64,000 nucleotides of DNA from Clostridia bacterium (GTDB lineage Bacteria; Bacillota; Clostridia; RUG12999). The translations under genes and the position numbers were made by a program. The notes below the pieces were generated by a model. The model ran no database searches. It was not told the DNA's origin and was given only the letters and a program-made list of their open reading frames with translations. The stretch's first letter is position 1. Each line of letters opens with the position of its first letter. The stretch is taken from the NCBI GenBank assembly GCA_045580815.1, contig JAZNOL010000095.1, forward strand, positions 6,697 through 70,696. Direction: 5' to 3'. Below, in pieces: positions 19,826-28,713 of this stretch.

Positions 19826-22800
19826 ATGAAAAAAATTCTGACGTTCATTCTTCTGGCAGCTATTGCTTGCAGTCTGATGTCTGTTCCGGTATGTGCCGAC
19901 GGATTAGAAGAAAAAGTTTACGAACTTACTATACTTGACGAAGAACGCCAAACCATAAACGGGTGGGGTATTCATCTTACCGAAGGCGCTGATAAAACAA
20001 AATATTTTATGCAGGCTTCGTATGCTGCATCTACAAAAGAACTTGGTGCAACAATTAACAGGGCGTTCTGGGATCCCAATGAGGTTATGAATGAAGACGG
20101 CACTTTAAACGAAAAAGAAGCTGACAGATACTATTATAACCATATTTATCCGGCAATAGCCTGCGGAATTCCCGACTATGCAATGACTGTCGAAAGACCC
20201 GCGATACCTTTTGCTAATTTTGCACCAAACGGACGTGCGACCTATCCTGACGAAGAATCGGAAGATAAAATGGTTAAATTTGTTACCGATTATTTTCTTT
20301 ATATGAAAAGCAAAGGCTATGTTTTACCTGTAGCTTTTAATATAATGAACGAGCCGGCAAACTTCAAACGTTATGTCGTGGGTGAACAGTATGTGAGATT
20401 TATCAAAAAATATAAAAAATCATTTATCGAAAACGGGCTTGAAGAAATCAGACTTGTTGGTCCTGATGCCGCCGGGCTTGAATGGGTAGATGCGAACGTT
20501 GGCGAATCTCTTGCATATTTTGATGCAGACCCTGAGTATGCAGAAGCTCTTGACATCGTATCGTACCACGCTTACGGCAGCACTTTGCAGGAGGAAACTT
20601 CGCAGAAATTTGCAAAGGGTCTTGAAAAATATCCCGACAAAGAAGTCTGGCAGACTGAAATTTCTCAGCTTGTTTTGGGTGATGGCCTTAACAAGAAGTA
20701 TGAGAATTTCCGTTATTTTGCGGCAAACAATATGATTACTGCTCTTATTGCCGACATTGCATGGCTTCGTGTGAATACTTGGTTTTATTTTGATACGATA
20801 GACCGTTCTCACCGATTCCTTGAAGACGGTACAGCGTATTCAAACAACGCCATCCGACTTCTCACCTTCCTCGGTACAGGCTGGGGCACAAACACCTCAA
20901 CTTCGTTCTTGAAAACACCGCTTTACAACGCACTTCAACTGATATACAACAATGTTCCCGTAGGCTCTGTTGTTCACAGAGTTTATACAGACGACCCGGA
21001 GCATTATAACCGCGTTGCCAGCAAAGGCACTCTCGTTGCTTTTGACTGCGATGACCACACTGTACTTTTGGTTGTAAATACTACTAAAAACGAAAAAACC
21101 TACAATATCAACAACTTAAAAGGAAAAAGTGCAGAAATCAATACAATCTCACAGGATAATTCCGATACTGTTGTAAAAACAGGCAGAAATATTGTTGACG
21201 GAAGCATCAAAAACTTTGTTCTTAAACCCGACAGCATAAATATCATAGTTACAAAAAACGAAGACTTTGGCACTCCGGAAGTTACCATTGACAGCGACAA
21301 AGATATTTTTATTGTTGATGGCATCCGCAACTCCCGTAACGACAGCATTACTTTAGCAGGCAGTGTTGACGAACATGCAAAAGTTACAATAAATGGAAAA
21401 AGCGTTAAACTGGACAAAAACAACAAATTTGCTTATCCGGTAACGTTAAGCAATGGAGAAATATTTACAATTTCTGCTATAGACAAAGAAGGCAACAAAA
21501 GCAGTAAGGTTGTGGAATACAACTACAACCCTTCTTATACAGGGCTTAAACTTGAACAGCATCAGGCAAATATCACATCAAGCGAATATGTGATAAAAGG
21601 TATTGCCAACTGTAAATCCACCATTAGATGCGGCGAATTTTCAGTACAGACAAAGGACGATAACAGTTTTGAACTTAAAATTAAAGTCCCCGAAGGACAA
21701 AATGATTTTGAAGTTGTTGCCGTTGACGAAAACAACAACAAATCCGATGCATTGAAAGTATCAATCAACTGTGACTCTGTCGTTCCTGATATCAATCTTG
21801 AAACAAACGGCGGAACAACAAACTTAAGACGGTATGTTCTCAAAGGTAATGTAAGCGAAAAACTTTCTTCGCTTAAAGTAAACGGCGTTGATATTTCTGT
21901 TGATGAAAACCTTACTTTTTCTGATGCCGTGAAAGTTTCGGAGGGTACTAACACTCTCAAACTTACAGCAACTGACCTTATGGGAAATATTTCTGAAAAA
22001 GAAGTTTCGGTAGAATATACAAAAGATTCTTTCACACCTCACAAGGTTAACGGTACAGCATACACAAGATATGCCACATCGGGCGTAAAACTTGACGGTA
22101 AGCTTGAAGAAACCGATTGGAAACTTGACCTTATTGCCGACAAAGTGGTTGAAGGTAGCATGGATAATATTAATATTTTCGGCACTTTGTGGGATGAAGA
22201 AAATCTTTACATTGCCGCTAAAGTAAAAGACACCGATATACGTTTTGAAGACGTAAACCCATATCAAAACGACTGTGTCGAAATATTCCTTAACCCGTCA
22301 AACAATAAAGACGGTGCATTTGAGCCTCTTGACAGACAGTTGTGGTCAGCATATGTGGACAATGATAAATCTGTTCTTTACAAAAATAAATATCCGTTTA
22401 ACAGTGCGTGGAATTTCACAAAAGACGGATATACCGTTGAAATTGCTATTCCATGGAGTTCAATGGAACTTACTGCCTCGGACGGGCTTAAACTCGGTTT
22501 TGATTTAGCAGTAAACGACAATGACATCGGCGGAAACAAACGCCGCGGTGTTGCTACCTGGTGCGGAAGCAACCTCAACTACAACGACACAAGCATGTAC
22601 GGCACCCTTGTTTTAACAAAATCTTCGGATATAACTTATGAAGATACCGAAAGCGACTACACAGCCGCTCCAAAAGAACCGGTGGAAGCAGAGCATGTTG
22701 CGATTGATCTTAGCATTAACGGTACTAAAGTTGAAGGTGGCACAATTGCACTTTTAATCGGTGATAAACCGTATGTTACCTACAACGTGTTCAACAAACT

Positions 22801-23041
22801 GGGAATCGTTACAAGTTGGGGCGAATTTGACACCATTGATTATACTTATAACGGCAAAAAATATACGTTCTGGCCTGACCGTGATGCTGTTTACGTTAAC
22901 GACAAAGCTGTGGATGTTAAAGGCGACAAACCTTACAGATCGGACGATGAGCTTTATATTCCGGTTAAGTTTATGAACGAATATCTCGGAATCACAGCAG
23001 TTTACGATTCCACAACAAAAACAGTCAACATTACTGAATAA
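19826..23041 (+). CDS. Secreted 1071-aa glycoside hydrolase (clan GH-A, GH30/GH5-like) with Ig-like repeats, a CBM9-like module and a C-terminal copper-amine-oxidase-N-like domain
   Basis: Signal peptide MKKILTFILLAAIACSLMSVPVCADG. Catalytic motifs FNIMNEPANF (acid/base) and VWQTEIS (nucleophile). CBM9-like region DGKLEETDWK...IFGTLWDEENLYIAAKVKD...CVEIFLNP. C-terminal region LLIGDKPYVTYNV...DELYIPVKFMNEYLG. An RBS AAGGAGG lies 8 nt upstream. Confidence 0.82.
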   Translation: MKKILTFILLAAIACSLMSVPVCADGLEEKVYELTILDEERQTINGWGIHLTEGADKTKYFMQASYAASTKELGATINRAFWDPNEVMNEDGTLNEKEADRYYYNHIYPAIACGIPDYAMTVERPAIPFANFAPNGRATYPDEESEDKMVKFVTDYFLYMKSKGYVLPVAFNIMNEPANFKRYVVGEQYVRFIKKYKKSFIENGLEEIRLVGPDAAGLEWVDANVGESLAYFDADPEYAEALDIVSYHAYGSTLQEETSQKFAKGLEKYPDKEVWQTEISQLVLGDGLNKKYENFRYFAANNMITALIADIAWLRVNTWFYFDTIDRSHRFLEDGTAYSNNAIRLLTFLGTGWGTNTSTSFLKTPLYNALQLIYNNVPVGSVVHRVYTDDPEHYNRVASKGTLVAFDCDDHTVLLVVNTTKNEKTYNINNLKGKSAEINTISQDNSDTVVKTGRNIVDGSIKNFVLKPDSINIIVTKNEDFGTPEVTIDSDKDIFIVDGIRNSRNDSITLAGSVDEHAKVTINGKSVKLDKNNKFAYPVTLSNGEIFTISAIDKEGNKSSKVVEYNYNPSYTGLKLEQHQANITSSEYVIKGIANCKSTIRCGEFSVQTKDDNSFELKIKVPEGQNDFEVVAVDENNNKSDALKVSINCDSVVPDINLETNGGTTNLRRYVLKGNVSEKLSSLKVNGVDISVDENLTFSDAVKVSEGTNTLKLTATDLMGNISEKEVSVEYTKDSFTPHKVNGTAYTRYATSGVKLDGKLEETDWKLDLIADKVVEGSMDNINIFGTLWDEENLYIAAKVKDTDIRFEDVNPYQNDCVEIFLNPSNNKDGAFEPLDRQLWSAYVDNDKSVLYKNKYPFNSAWNFTKDGYTVEIAIPWSSMELTASDGLKLGFDLAVNDNDIGGNKRRGVATWCGSNLNYNDTSMYGTLVLTKSSDITYEDTESDYTAAPKEPVEAEHVAIDLSINGTKVEGGTIALLIGDKPYVTYNVFNKLGIVTSWGEFDTIDYTYNGKKYTFWPDRDAVYVNDKAVDVKGDKPYRSDDELYIPVKFMNEYLGITAVYDSTTKTVNITE
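22058..22616 (+). other. CBM9-like carbohydrate-binding module region
   Basis: DG.LDE.DW ... LYIAAKV.D ... D.VEIF.NP, the pattern typical of family 9 CBMs. Confidence 0.55.
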
Positions 23042-23058
23042 CAAGGAGGTTTATTCTT

Positions 23059-25932
23059 GTGAAAAACGTTTTAAAACGCTTATTTTCTCTGTTCACCATT
23101 GTTTGTGTTATTGCATCATGTGTCGCAATAACAGCCGCTGCCGAAGAGGTTTATGTAAACCCTATGAGCGGCACAGGCAATGTTACAACCACAAGTGCCA
23201 TTCTTACCAACGGCAGTTGGGATGACAAATGGTATGCCCGCGGTCTTTCAAACGGTGAGCTTACCACTGCCGACGGCAGATATCTTGTTGTAAAGGCAGC
23301 ACATACCGAAAGCGGAATACGCATTACAACAAACTATGCTATCTGCGGTCTCTGGCGATATGTGCCGGCGAGCACCTTTGAAGCAGGCAACACTTACAGA
23401 TTAAGAGCAACCTTCAGAATAAATTCTGACGGTAAAACAGGTTTTATATCCAATAATAAAGCAAATTTCAAACTGCGTCTTATGTATGACGGTACAAACC
23501 CTGTTTTTGAAAGTCAACGTCTCATAATTGACAAATGCGATGAGTTTGTTACACATACTCAGGAATTTGTAATGACCGAAGAAATGCTTGACGGTCACAC
23601 AAAAATGTATATGGACATAGATTGTCCGTCTTCCGGCTCTCTGTTTTCTGATGCAAACTTCCCTACCGGCAGAATTACAATGGATTTTCTTGAGTTTGTT
23701 ATTGAAAAAGCCGATATCTATACTGTTATCGGCAAAACAGAGCCTAATTCGACACTGACAGTTGAACTTAAACACAAATATGAAGAGCAGGTTTATTACA
23801 CAAAAGACGTAACAGCCGATGAAAACGGAAGATTTGAAACAGACATTGCTTTTTATCACAATATTGATGATTTTTATGTATGTGTAAAAGACGGAGAAAA
23901 CACATCTGTAAAAAGCATGAACACTTTCTTTGAAACAGATGGCAAAAAAATTGTTGAAACAGATTTTTTTGCAGATGTTCCCACAAATGGTGTGTATGTT
24001 AATGGGTTTACCGTAAACGGAGTTGCTTCACCTTTTAACAAAATCACTTTGCCTGAAACTGCAAAAACAGTTTCGGTTACAGCAAAAAGCATTGATTATG
24101 AAGGTGACTCCACATTAATCGGTGTTCTTTATGAAAACGGTAGTGCAAAAGAAATTGCCTGCGATGTTCAGTCGCTTATCCCCGGTGCAGACGGTAATTA
24201 TTCCATTTGTCTCGGTGAAGGCGGAGACGAAATCAGGTTCTTTCTTTTGGATTCAATTTCATCCATGAAGCTTTTAAGCCGCGAATATGTAATTGACACC
24301 AAAGGCACAACCGAAAAAAGATATAAAGCAAACGCATCCGTTACAACTGTTACATCCGATTTTAATCCCGTAACAGCAACGGCTGATATCACAAGAGACG
24401 GTGGGGACGGTACGGCAACTGTTGTTATAACAAAAAAAGATGTTGTTTTATCTGACATAACCGCCGATACAATAAACATCAATGTTGCCGCTGTTGTAAA
24501 CAGTGAATCTAATGTTACAAGTGTAAAAAAATCCACCGAAAAACCTGATGGTGAAACCTACAAATTCCCGGACGGTACATATACCGCATATGTTTCTGGC
24601 GTTAAAAACACACAAGACTATTCTTACACTACACCCGACACACTTTTAAATGCTTATTCAACTCTTAATGGTTCAAATGTTGATTTTGACAGTTTCGATG
24701 CATGTATATCCGATGCAAAATTAAAGCTTGACCTTTCGGAATACAACTCCCTTGGAAGCAACAAAAAATATGCAAAAGATGTGTTTATGAAAGTTAAAAC
24801 AGAAGACATATCGTCCGTAGGGCAAATACAGACGTTGCTTGATACATCGGTAAGCACCGTGCTTCTGTCAAGTGCTCCTACTGTATCCCTGATTGAAAAA
24901 TACGGAACCCTGTTAGGTTTTGATTCTGTTTTGCTTGAAGAATTCAAAACTGCTGACGAGGATGTTAAAACCGATACTGCATCTCTTATGAAAAGCAATG
25001 CTCATTCACTTGACAGCCTGACTGTAGAGCTTGTTAAAAACCGCTTTACAGACGGTTATGTTACGGCTATGATAAACAATGCCGAAACCTATGGCATGAT
25101 AAAACAGTTTATCTCTGATAATTATAAAAATTATATCAGTGTAAACCTCAACAAGCTTGAAGACAACGACGTAAACAGCGGTGATGTTTTTAAAGATATG
25201 TTGGATATGATTCCTTTTGACAGCATAAAAGATATTGAAGACAGCTATTCAGATGCTGTGGATGACAATACCAGCTCCTCCGGTGGCGGATTTGGCGGCG
25301 GAGGCGTCGGTGGCGGAGGCTTTGGTGCCTCCGGCAATATCAAAACCGAAACTATGAGCGCAATTGTTCCGGCAGAAGCTGTTATTTTTGAAAAAACCGC
25401 AACCTTTAAAGACGTAAACAAAGATTTTTGGGCATATGATTACATTGAAAATCTTGTAAATCTTGGAGTAATTTCAAAATCCGATAATTTCAGACCAAAC
25501 GACGATATAACCCGCGAAGAATTTGTTAAAATGGTTGTTGTGGCATTTTACGGCAGCCCCTCCGGTGGACTTGCAACATATACTGATGCCACCGCCGGCG
25601 CATGGTATTATCCTTATCTTGCAAAAGCTCAGGAACAACAGATAATCAGCGGAATGCCCGACGGCAGTTTTGGTGTTGGCGAAAAAATCACACGCCAGGA
25701 TATGGCTGTTATTATTGACAGAATAATTGGTAAAGACGATACTCCAAACACATTTGAATTTAGTGACGATGATGCAATTTCGTCTTATGCACGTGAAGCT
25801 GTATACAATATTTACAGCACAGGTGTTATCGGCGGATTTGAAGACAGCACTTTCAGACCGCAAAAAAATGCCACACGTGCTGAGTGTGCAAAAATAATTT
25901 CTCAGGCATCAACACTTAAAAATACACATTAA
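23059..25932 (+). CDS. Surface protein, 957 aa, GTG start; helical KYSDY-like module, poly-Gly linker and a C-terminal SLH triplet
   Basis: RBS AAGGAGG 9 nt upstream of GTG at 23059. Signal peptide MKNVLKRLFSLFTIVCVIASCVAITAAA. Linker SSSGGGFGGGGVGGGGFGASG. SLH motifs include FWAYDYIENLVNLGVISK..., ITREEFVKMVV, WYYPYLAKAQEQQIISGMPDGSF and ATRAECAKII. Confidence 0.85.
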   Translation: MKNVLKRLFSLFTIVCVIASCVAITAAAEEVYVNPMSGTGNVTTTSAILTNGSWDDKWYARGLSNGELTTADGRYLVVKAAHTESGIRITTNYAICGLWRYVPASTFEAGNTYRLRATFRINSDGKTGFISNNKANFKLRLMYDGTNPVFESQRLIIDKCDEFVTHTQEFVMTEEMLDGHTKMYMDIDCPSSGSLFSDANFPTGRITMDFLEFVIEKADIYTVIGKTEPNSTLTVELKHKYEEQVYYTKDVTADENGRFETDIAFYHNIDDFYVCVKDGENTSVKSMNTFFETDGKKIVETDFFADVPTNGVYVNGFTVNGVASPFNKITLPETAKTVSVTAKSIDYEGDSTLIGVLYENGSAKEIACDVQSLIPGADGNYSICLGEGGDEIRFFLLDSISSMKLLSREYVIDTKGTTEKRYKANASVTTVTSDFNPVTATADITRDGGDGTATVVITKKDVVLSDITADTININVAAVVNSESNVTSVKKSTEKPDGETYKFPDGTYTAYVSGVKNTQDYSYTTPDTLLNAYSTLNGSNVDFDSFDACISDAKLKLDLSEYNSLGSNKKYAKDVFMKVKTEDISSVGQIQTLLDTSVSTVLLSSAPTVSLIEKYGTLLGFDSVLLEEFKTADEDVKTDTASLMKSNAHSLDSLTVELVKNRFTDGYVTAMINNAETYGMIKQFISDNYKNYISVNLNKLEDNDVNSGDVFKDMLDMIPFDSIKDIEDSYSDAVDDNTSSSGGGFGGGGVGGGGFGASGNIKTETMSAIVPAEAVIFEKTATFKDVNKDFWAYDYIENLVNLGVISKSDNFRPNDDITREEFVKMVVVAFYGSPSGGLATYTDATAGAWYYPYLAKAQEQQIISGMPDGSFGVGEKITRQDMAVIIDRIIGKDDTPNTFEFSDDDAISSYAREAVYNIYSTGVIGGFEDSTFRPQKNATRAECAKIISQASTLKNTH
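25384..25929 (+). other. SLH domain triplet, C-terminal
   Basis: SLH consensus repeats after the Gly-rich linker. Confidence 0.7.
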
Positions 25933-25946
25933 AGATAGGTGAAATC

Positions 25947-28700
25947 ATGAAGAAAATAACATATGCAATTTTAATTTGCATGATTTTACAGCTTTTTTCG
26001 TTTGTCACTCTGGCAGATGACAATGCAGTAAAACCTGATTATTCTAAACAGATTTCAGTTATGTCTGCTTTGGAAATATTAGACACATCTTTGCAAAAGC
26101 AAAATCCTGATACCGAAATGACACGGGCAGAGTTTATAAGTGCAGTTATTCATCTTATTGGACTCAAACCTGATGATTTTTCAGCTACTCCCCGAGGATT
26201 TAACGACGTCACAGATAACACAGAGTTTTTTGTAGAAATAAATATGGCATATATGCTTGGTATCGTAAGAGGAAATGGCAGCGGATTGTTCTTCCCCACC
26301 GATAAAATCAGCATGAACGATGCAATTTCTGTTTTAATTAATGCCTTAGGATATGATGTGTTTGATGACGGAAAATCTACCGCCTTGTCTCATGCAATCG
26401 ACCTTAATCTTTTGAAAAACATAAGCTTCAACGGTGAAGGCGGTGTTACTGTCGGTCAGGGTGCAACACTTTTATACAATGCACTTGAAGTTGATGTTGC
26501 AACCTCTTATATGGCTGACGGCAAAGTTCGAATCAGTGTTTGCGAAGGCAGAAATGTTTTAAACGAATATTTAGGTATGGAATACGGCAGCGGTGTAATA
26601 ACCCAAAACGCCATAACTTCTCTTGATTCGTTTATGAAGAAACCAGCCTCAAAAACAAGTGTTGTTATAGACAATATTATTTTTGAAGTCGGAGAAACAG
26701 ATGCAGACAAGCTGCTTGGATACAATGTGCAGTATTATTACCGCCATGACATAGCTACCGGCGAGAATATTCTTGTTTATATACGACCTCACGGTAACAG
26801 GGTTGTGCAGGTTAATTCCGAAGAATTCCGCAGTTTTTCAGGAAACAAATTCAAATATTTTGAAATGTACAAATCATTTGGAACACAGTATAAGGAAGCG
26901 TCACTTACAATTTCATCCAAGGTGGATGTAACATATAACGGTGTCGCTTTCCCCACATATACAAATGACGACATACTGCTTAAAAACACATCCGGATACA
27001 ACGTGTTTATTGACAACAACAATGACTCAGTTATAGACGTTATTCACGTTAACCGGTGCGAAAACTATGTTGTTGATGTGGCTGTGCGTGATGATGAAAT
27101 CATTTATACTTCTGCTCCAAAGGACAAACTGGATTTTAGCATTTATGATACTGTTGAATTTTACCTTTCAAACGGCAAACAGGTTTCGATTGATGCGGTT
27201 TTGGCATCTGATGTTATGACAGTTATGGCATCAAAGAACAAATCCTATGCAAAAGTCATTTTAAGCTCCCATTCGCTTGATTTAACTGTTGTTGGCATAG
27301 ATGAAGAAGCAAACACAATAGCTTTTGACAACGGTCAGGAATATTATATGGACAAATCTTTTGTTCCATTTAAAGAGCTGGCAACAATCGGTCGCAGAGC
27401 ATCGTTTATGTTCGACTATCGTGGTAGACTTGCCGCACTTAACACCGACAATGTCGGTATGGAGCTGAAATATGCATATTTGTGCAAAGCCGCAATCAGC
27501 GGCAACATTGACAAAGAGGTTCAGCTTAAACTTTTAAACACAGTAAACGAAATAAACGTTTATACCCTACCACAGAAGCTTTCTTTCGACTCGCAGTCAA
27601 AAACTGCCGAAGAAGCATTTAATCTTTTGACTGATGTTGATGAAACCGGTGAGCGGTACACAAAAATGCAGATGATACGTTACCGTCTTAATTCAGACAA
27701 AACAAAAGTGGTTTATATTGATACATCAACAGAAACTGCTGAAGAAAACGGTATTTCATTAAAAATTGACACTTACAGTAACGTGGAGTTCGGTATTTCC
27801 TGGTCTATAACTCACAAAGCGGCGTTTGCAACGCCCGGTATTGTGCTTTGTATTCCTCAGGTTCCTGATGAGCTTGATGGAGTAAAGCTCCCCCGTTCTC
27901 TTGCAAACGATTTTTCCGACTCGGCATTCAGAGCAGGAGAAGAGGTGTGGAAATATCTGCCCAACCGCACAAGCAAAAAAGCAGATGTTATTGATCCTGA
28001 CGATGCCGGAATTGCAAACATTGTTGTTTGTTATTACGATTATCTTGAATCACCGCCCGAAGGTGGAATAAACGAAGCTGTGTCCCAAACACTGCGTTGC
28101 ATGGTTGACGAGGTAAGCGCCTGCCTTGCAGAAGACGGAATGCCTACTTTAAAACTGCAATATTTTGCAAACGGCGAAAAAAGCACAATTATTGCACGTA
28201 CACCTCAGGCTTTCAAAAAACCTGTTTATGATGCTGACGGCAATATTGTTCCCGGGCAGTTCAAAAACCTTGAAAAAGGCGATGTAATTTATCTTTATAG
28301 CGACTTCAAAGGCAGAGCAGAATCAGCTAAAGTGCTTTTTGATATATCACGTACCGACAACGGCAGATTTAATGCACCAAAACGTATATCAGACACTATA
28401 ACCGAATGCGGAATAGTATATTCTGCATCAGACCGAGGATTCAAACTGCTGGGTACACTTAAAAAAGATGCTCTTCCCTTTACCGGAAAAATTGAAGATA
28501 CCTTTGACATTTCACAGGCAAGAGTGCGAAAATACAGCGAATCAAAAGTATCTATCACGATTTATGACAGCGAAAACAACATTGTAAGAGCCGGCTCGAT
28601 TGCTGACATAAAAGGATATAAGGATTATCCCGATGACCCGTCTTTTGTTGTAAGTTTTGTTACCAACTACGAAACCGCCACTGTATTTATAATAGATTAG
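25947..28700 (+). CDS. SLH-domain surface protein, 917 aa (N-terminal SLH, uncharacterised body); paralog of the next gene
   Basis: Signal peptide plus SLH-like repeats (TEMTRAEFISAVIHLIGL, FFVEINMAYMLGIVRGNGSGLFFPTDKISMNDAISVLINALGY). It shares conserved blocks with 28714..31410, for example ASFMFDYRGRLAALNTDN against ASFLFDWRGNICGTYDD. Confidence 0.8.
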   Translation: MKKITYAILICMILQLFSFVTLADDNAVKPDYSKQISVMSALEILDTSLQKQNPDTEMTRAEFISAVIHLIGLKPDDFSATPRGFNDVTDNTEFFVEINMAYMLGIVRGNGSGLFFPTDKISMNDAISVLINALGYDVFDDGKSTALSHAIDLNLLKNISFNGEGGVTVGQGATLLYNALEVDVATSYMADGKVRISVCEGRNVLNEYLGMEYGSGVITQNAITSLDSFMKKPASKTSVVIDNIIFEVGETDADKLLGYNVQYYYRHDIATGENILVYIRPHGNRVVQVNSEEFRSFSGNKFKYFEMYKSFGTQYKEASLTISSKVDVTYNGVAFPTYTNDDILLKNTSGYNVFIDNNNDSVIDVIHVNRCENYVVDVAVRDDEIIYTSAPKDKLDFSIYDTVEFYLSNGKQVSIDAVLASDVMTVMASKNKSYAKVILSSHSLDLTVVGIDEEANTIAFDNGQEYYMDKSFVPFKELATIGRRASFMFDYRGRLAALNTDNVGMELKYAYLCKAAISGNIDKEVQLKLLNTVNEINVYTLPQKLSFDSQSKTAEEAFNLLTDVDETGERYTKMQMIRYRLNSDKTKVVYIDTSTETAEENGISLKIDTYSNVEFGISWSITHKAAFATPGIVLCIPQVPDELDGVKLPRSLANDFSDSAFRAGEEVWKYLPNRTSKKADVIDPDDAGIANIVVCYYDYLESPPEGGINEAVSQTLRCMVDEVSACLAEDGMPTLKLQYFANGEKSTIIARTPQAFKKPVYDADGNIVPGQFKNLEKGDVIYLYSDFKGRAESAKVLFDISRTDNGRFNAPKRISDTITECGIVYSASDRGFKLLGTLKKDALPFTGKIEDTFDISQARVRKYSESKVSITIYDSENNIVRAGSIADIKGYKDYPDDPSFVVSFVTNYETATVFIID

Positions 28701-28713
28701 GAGGAGAATTAAT

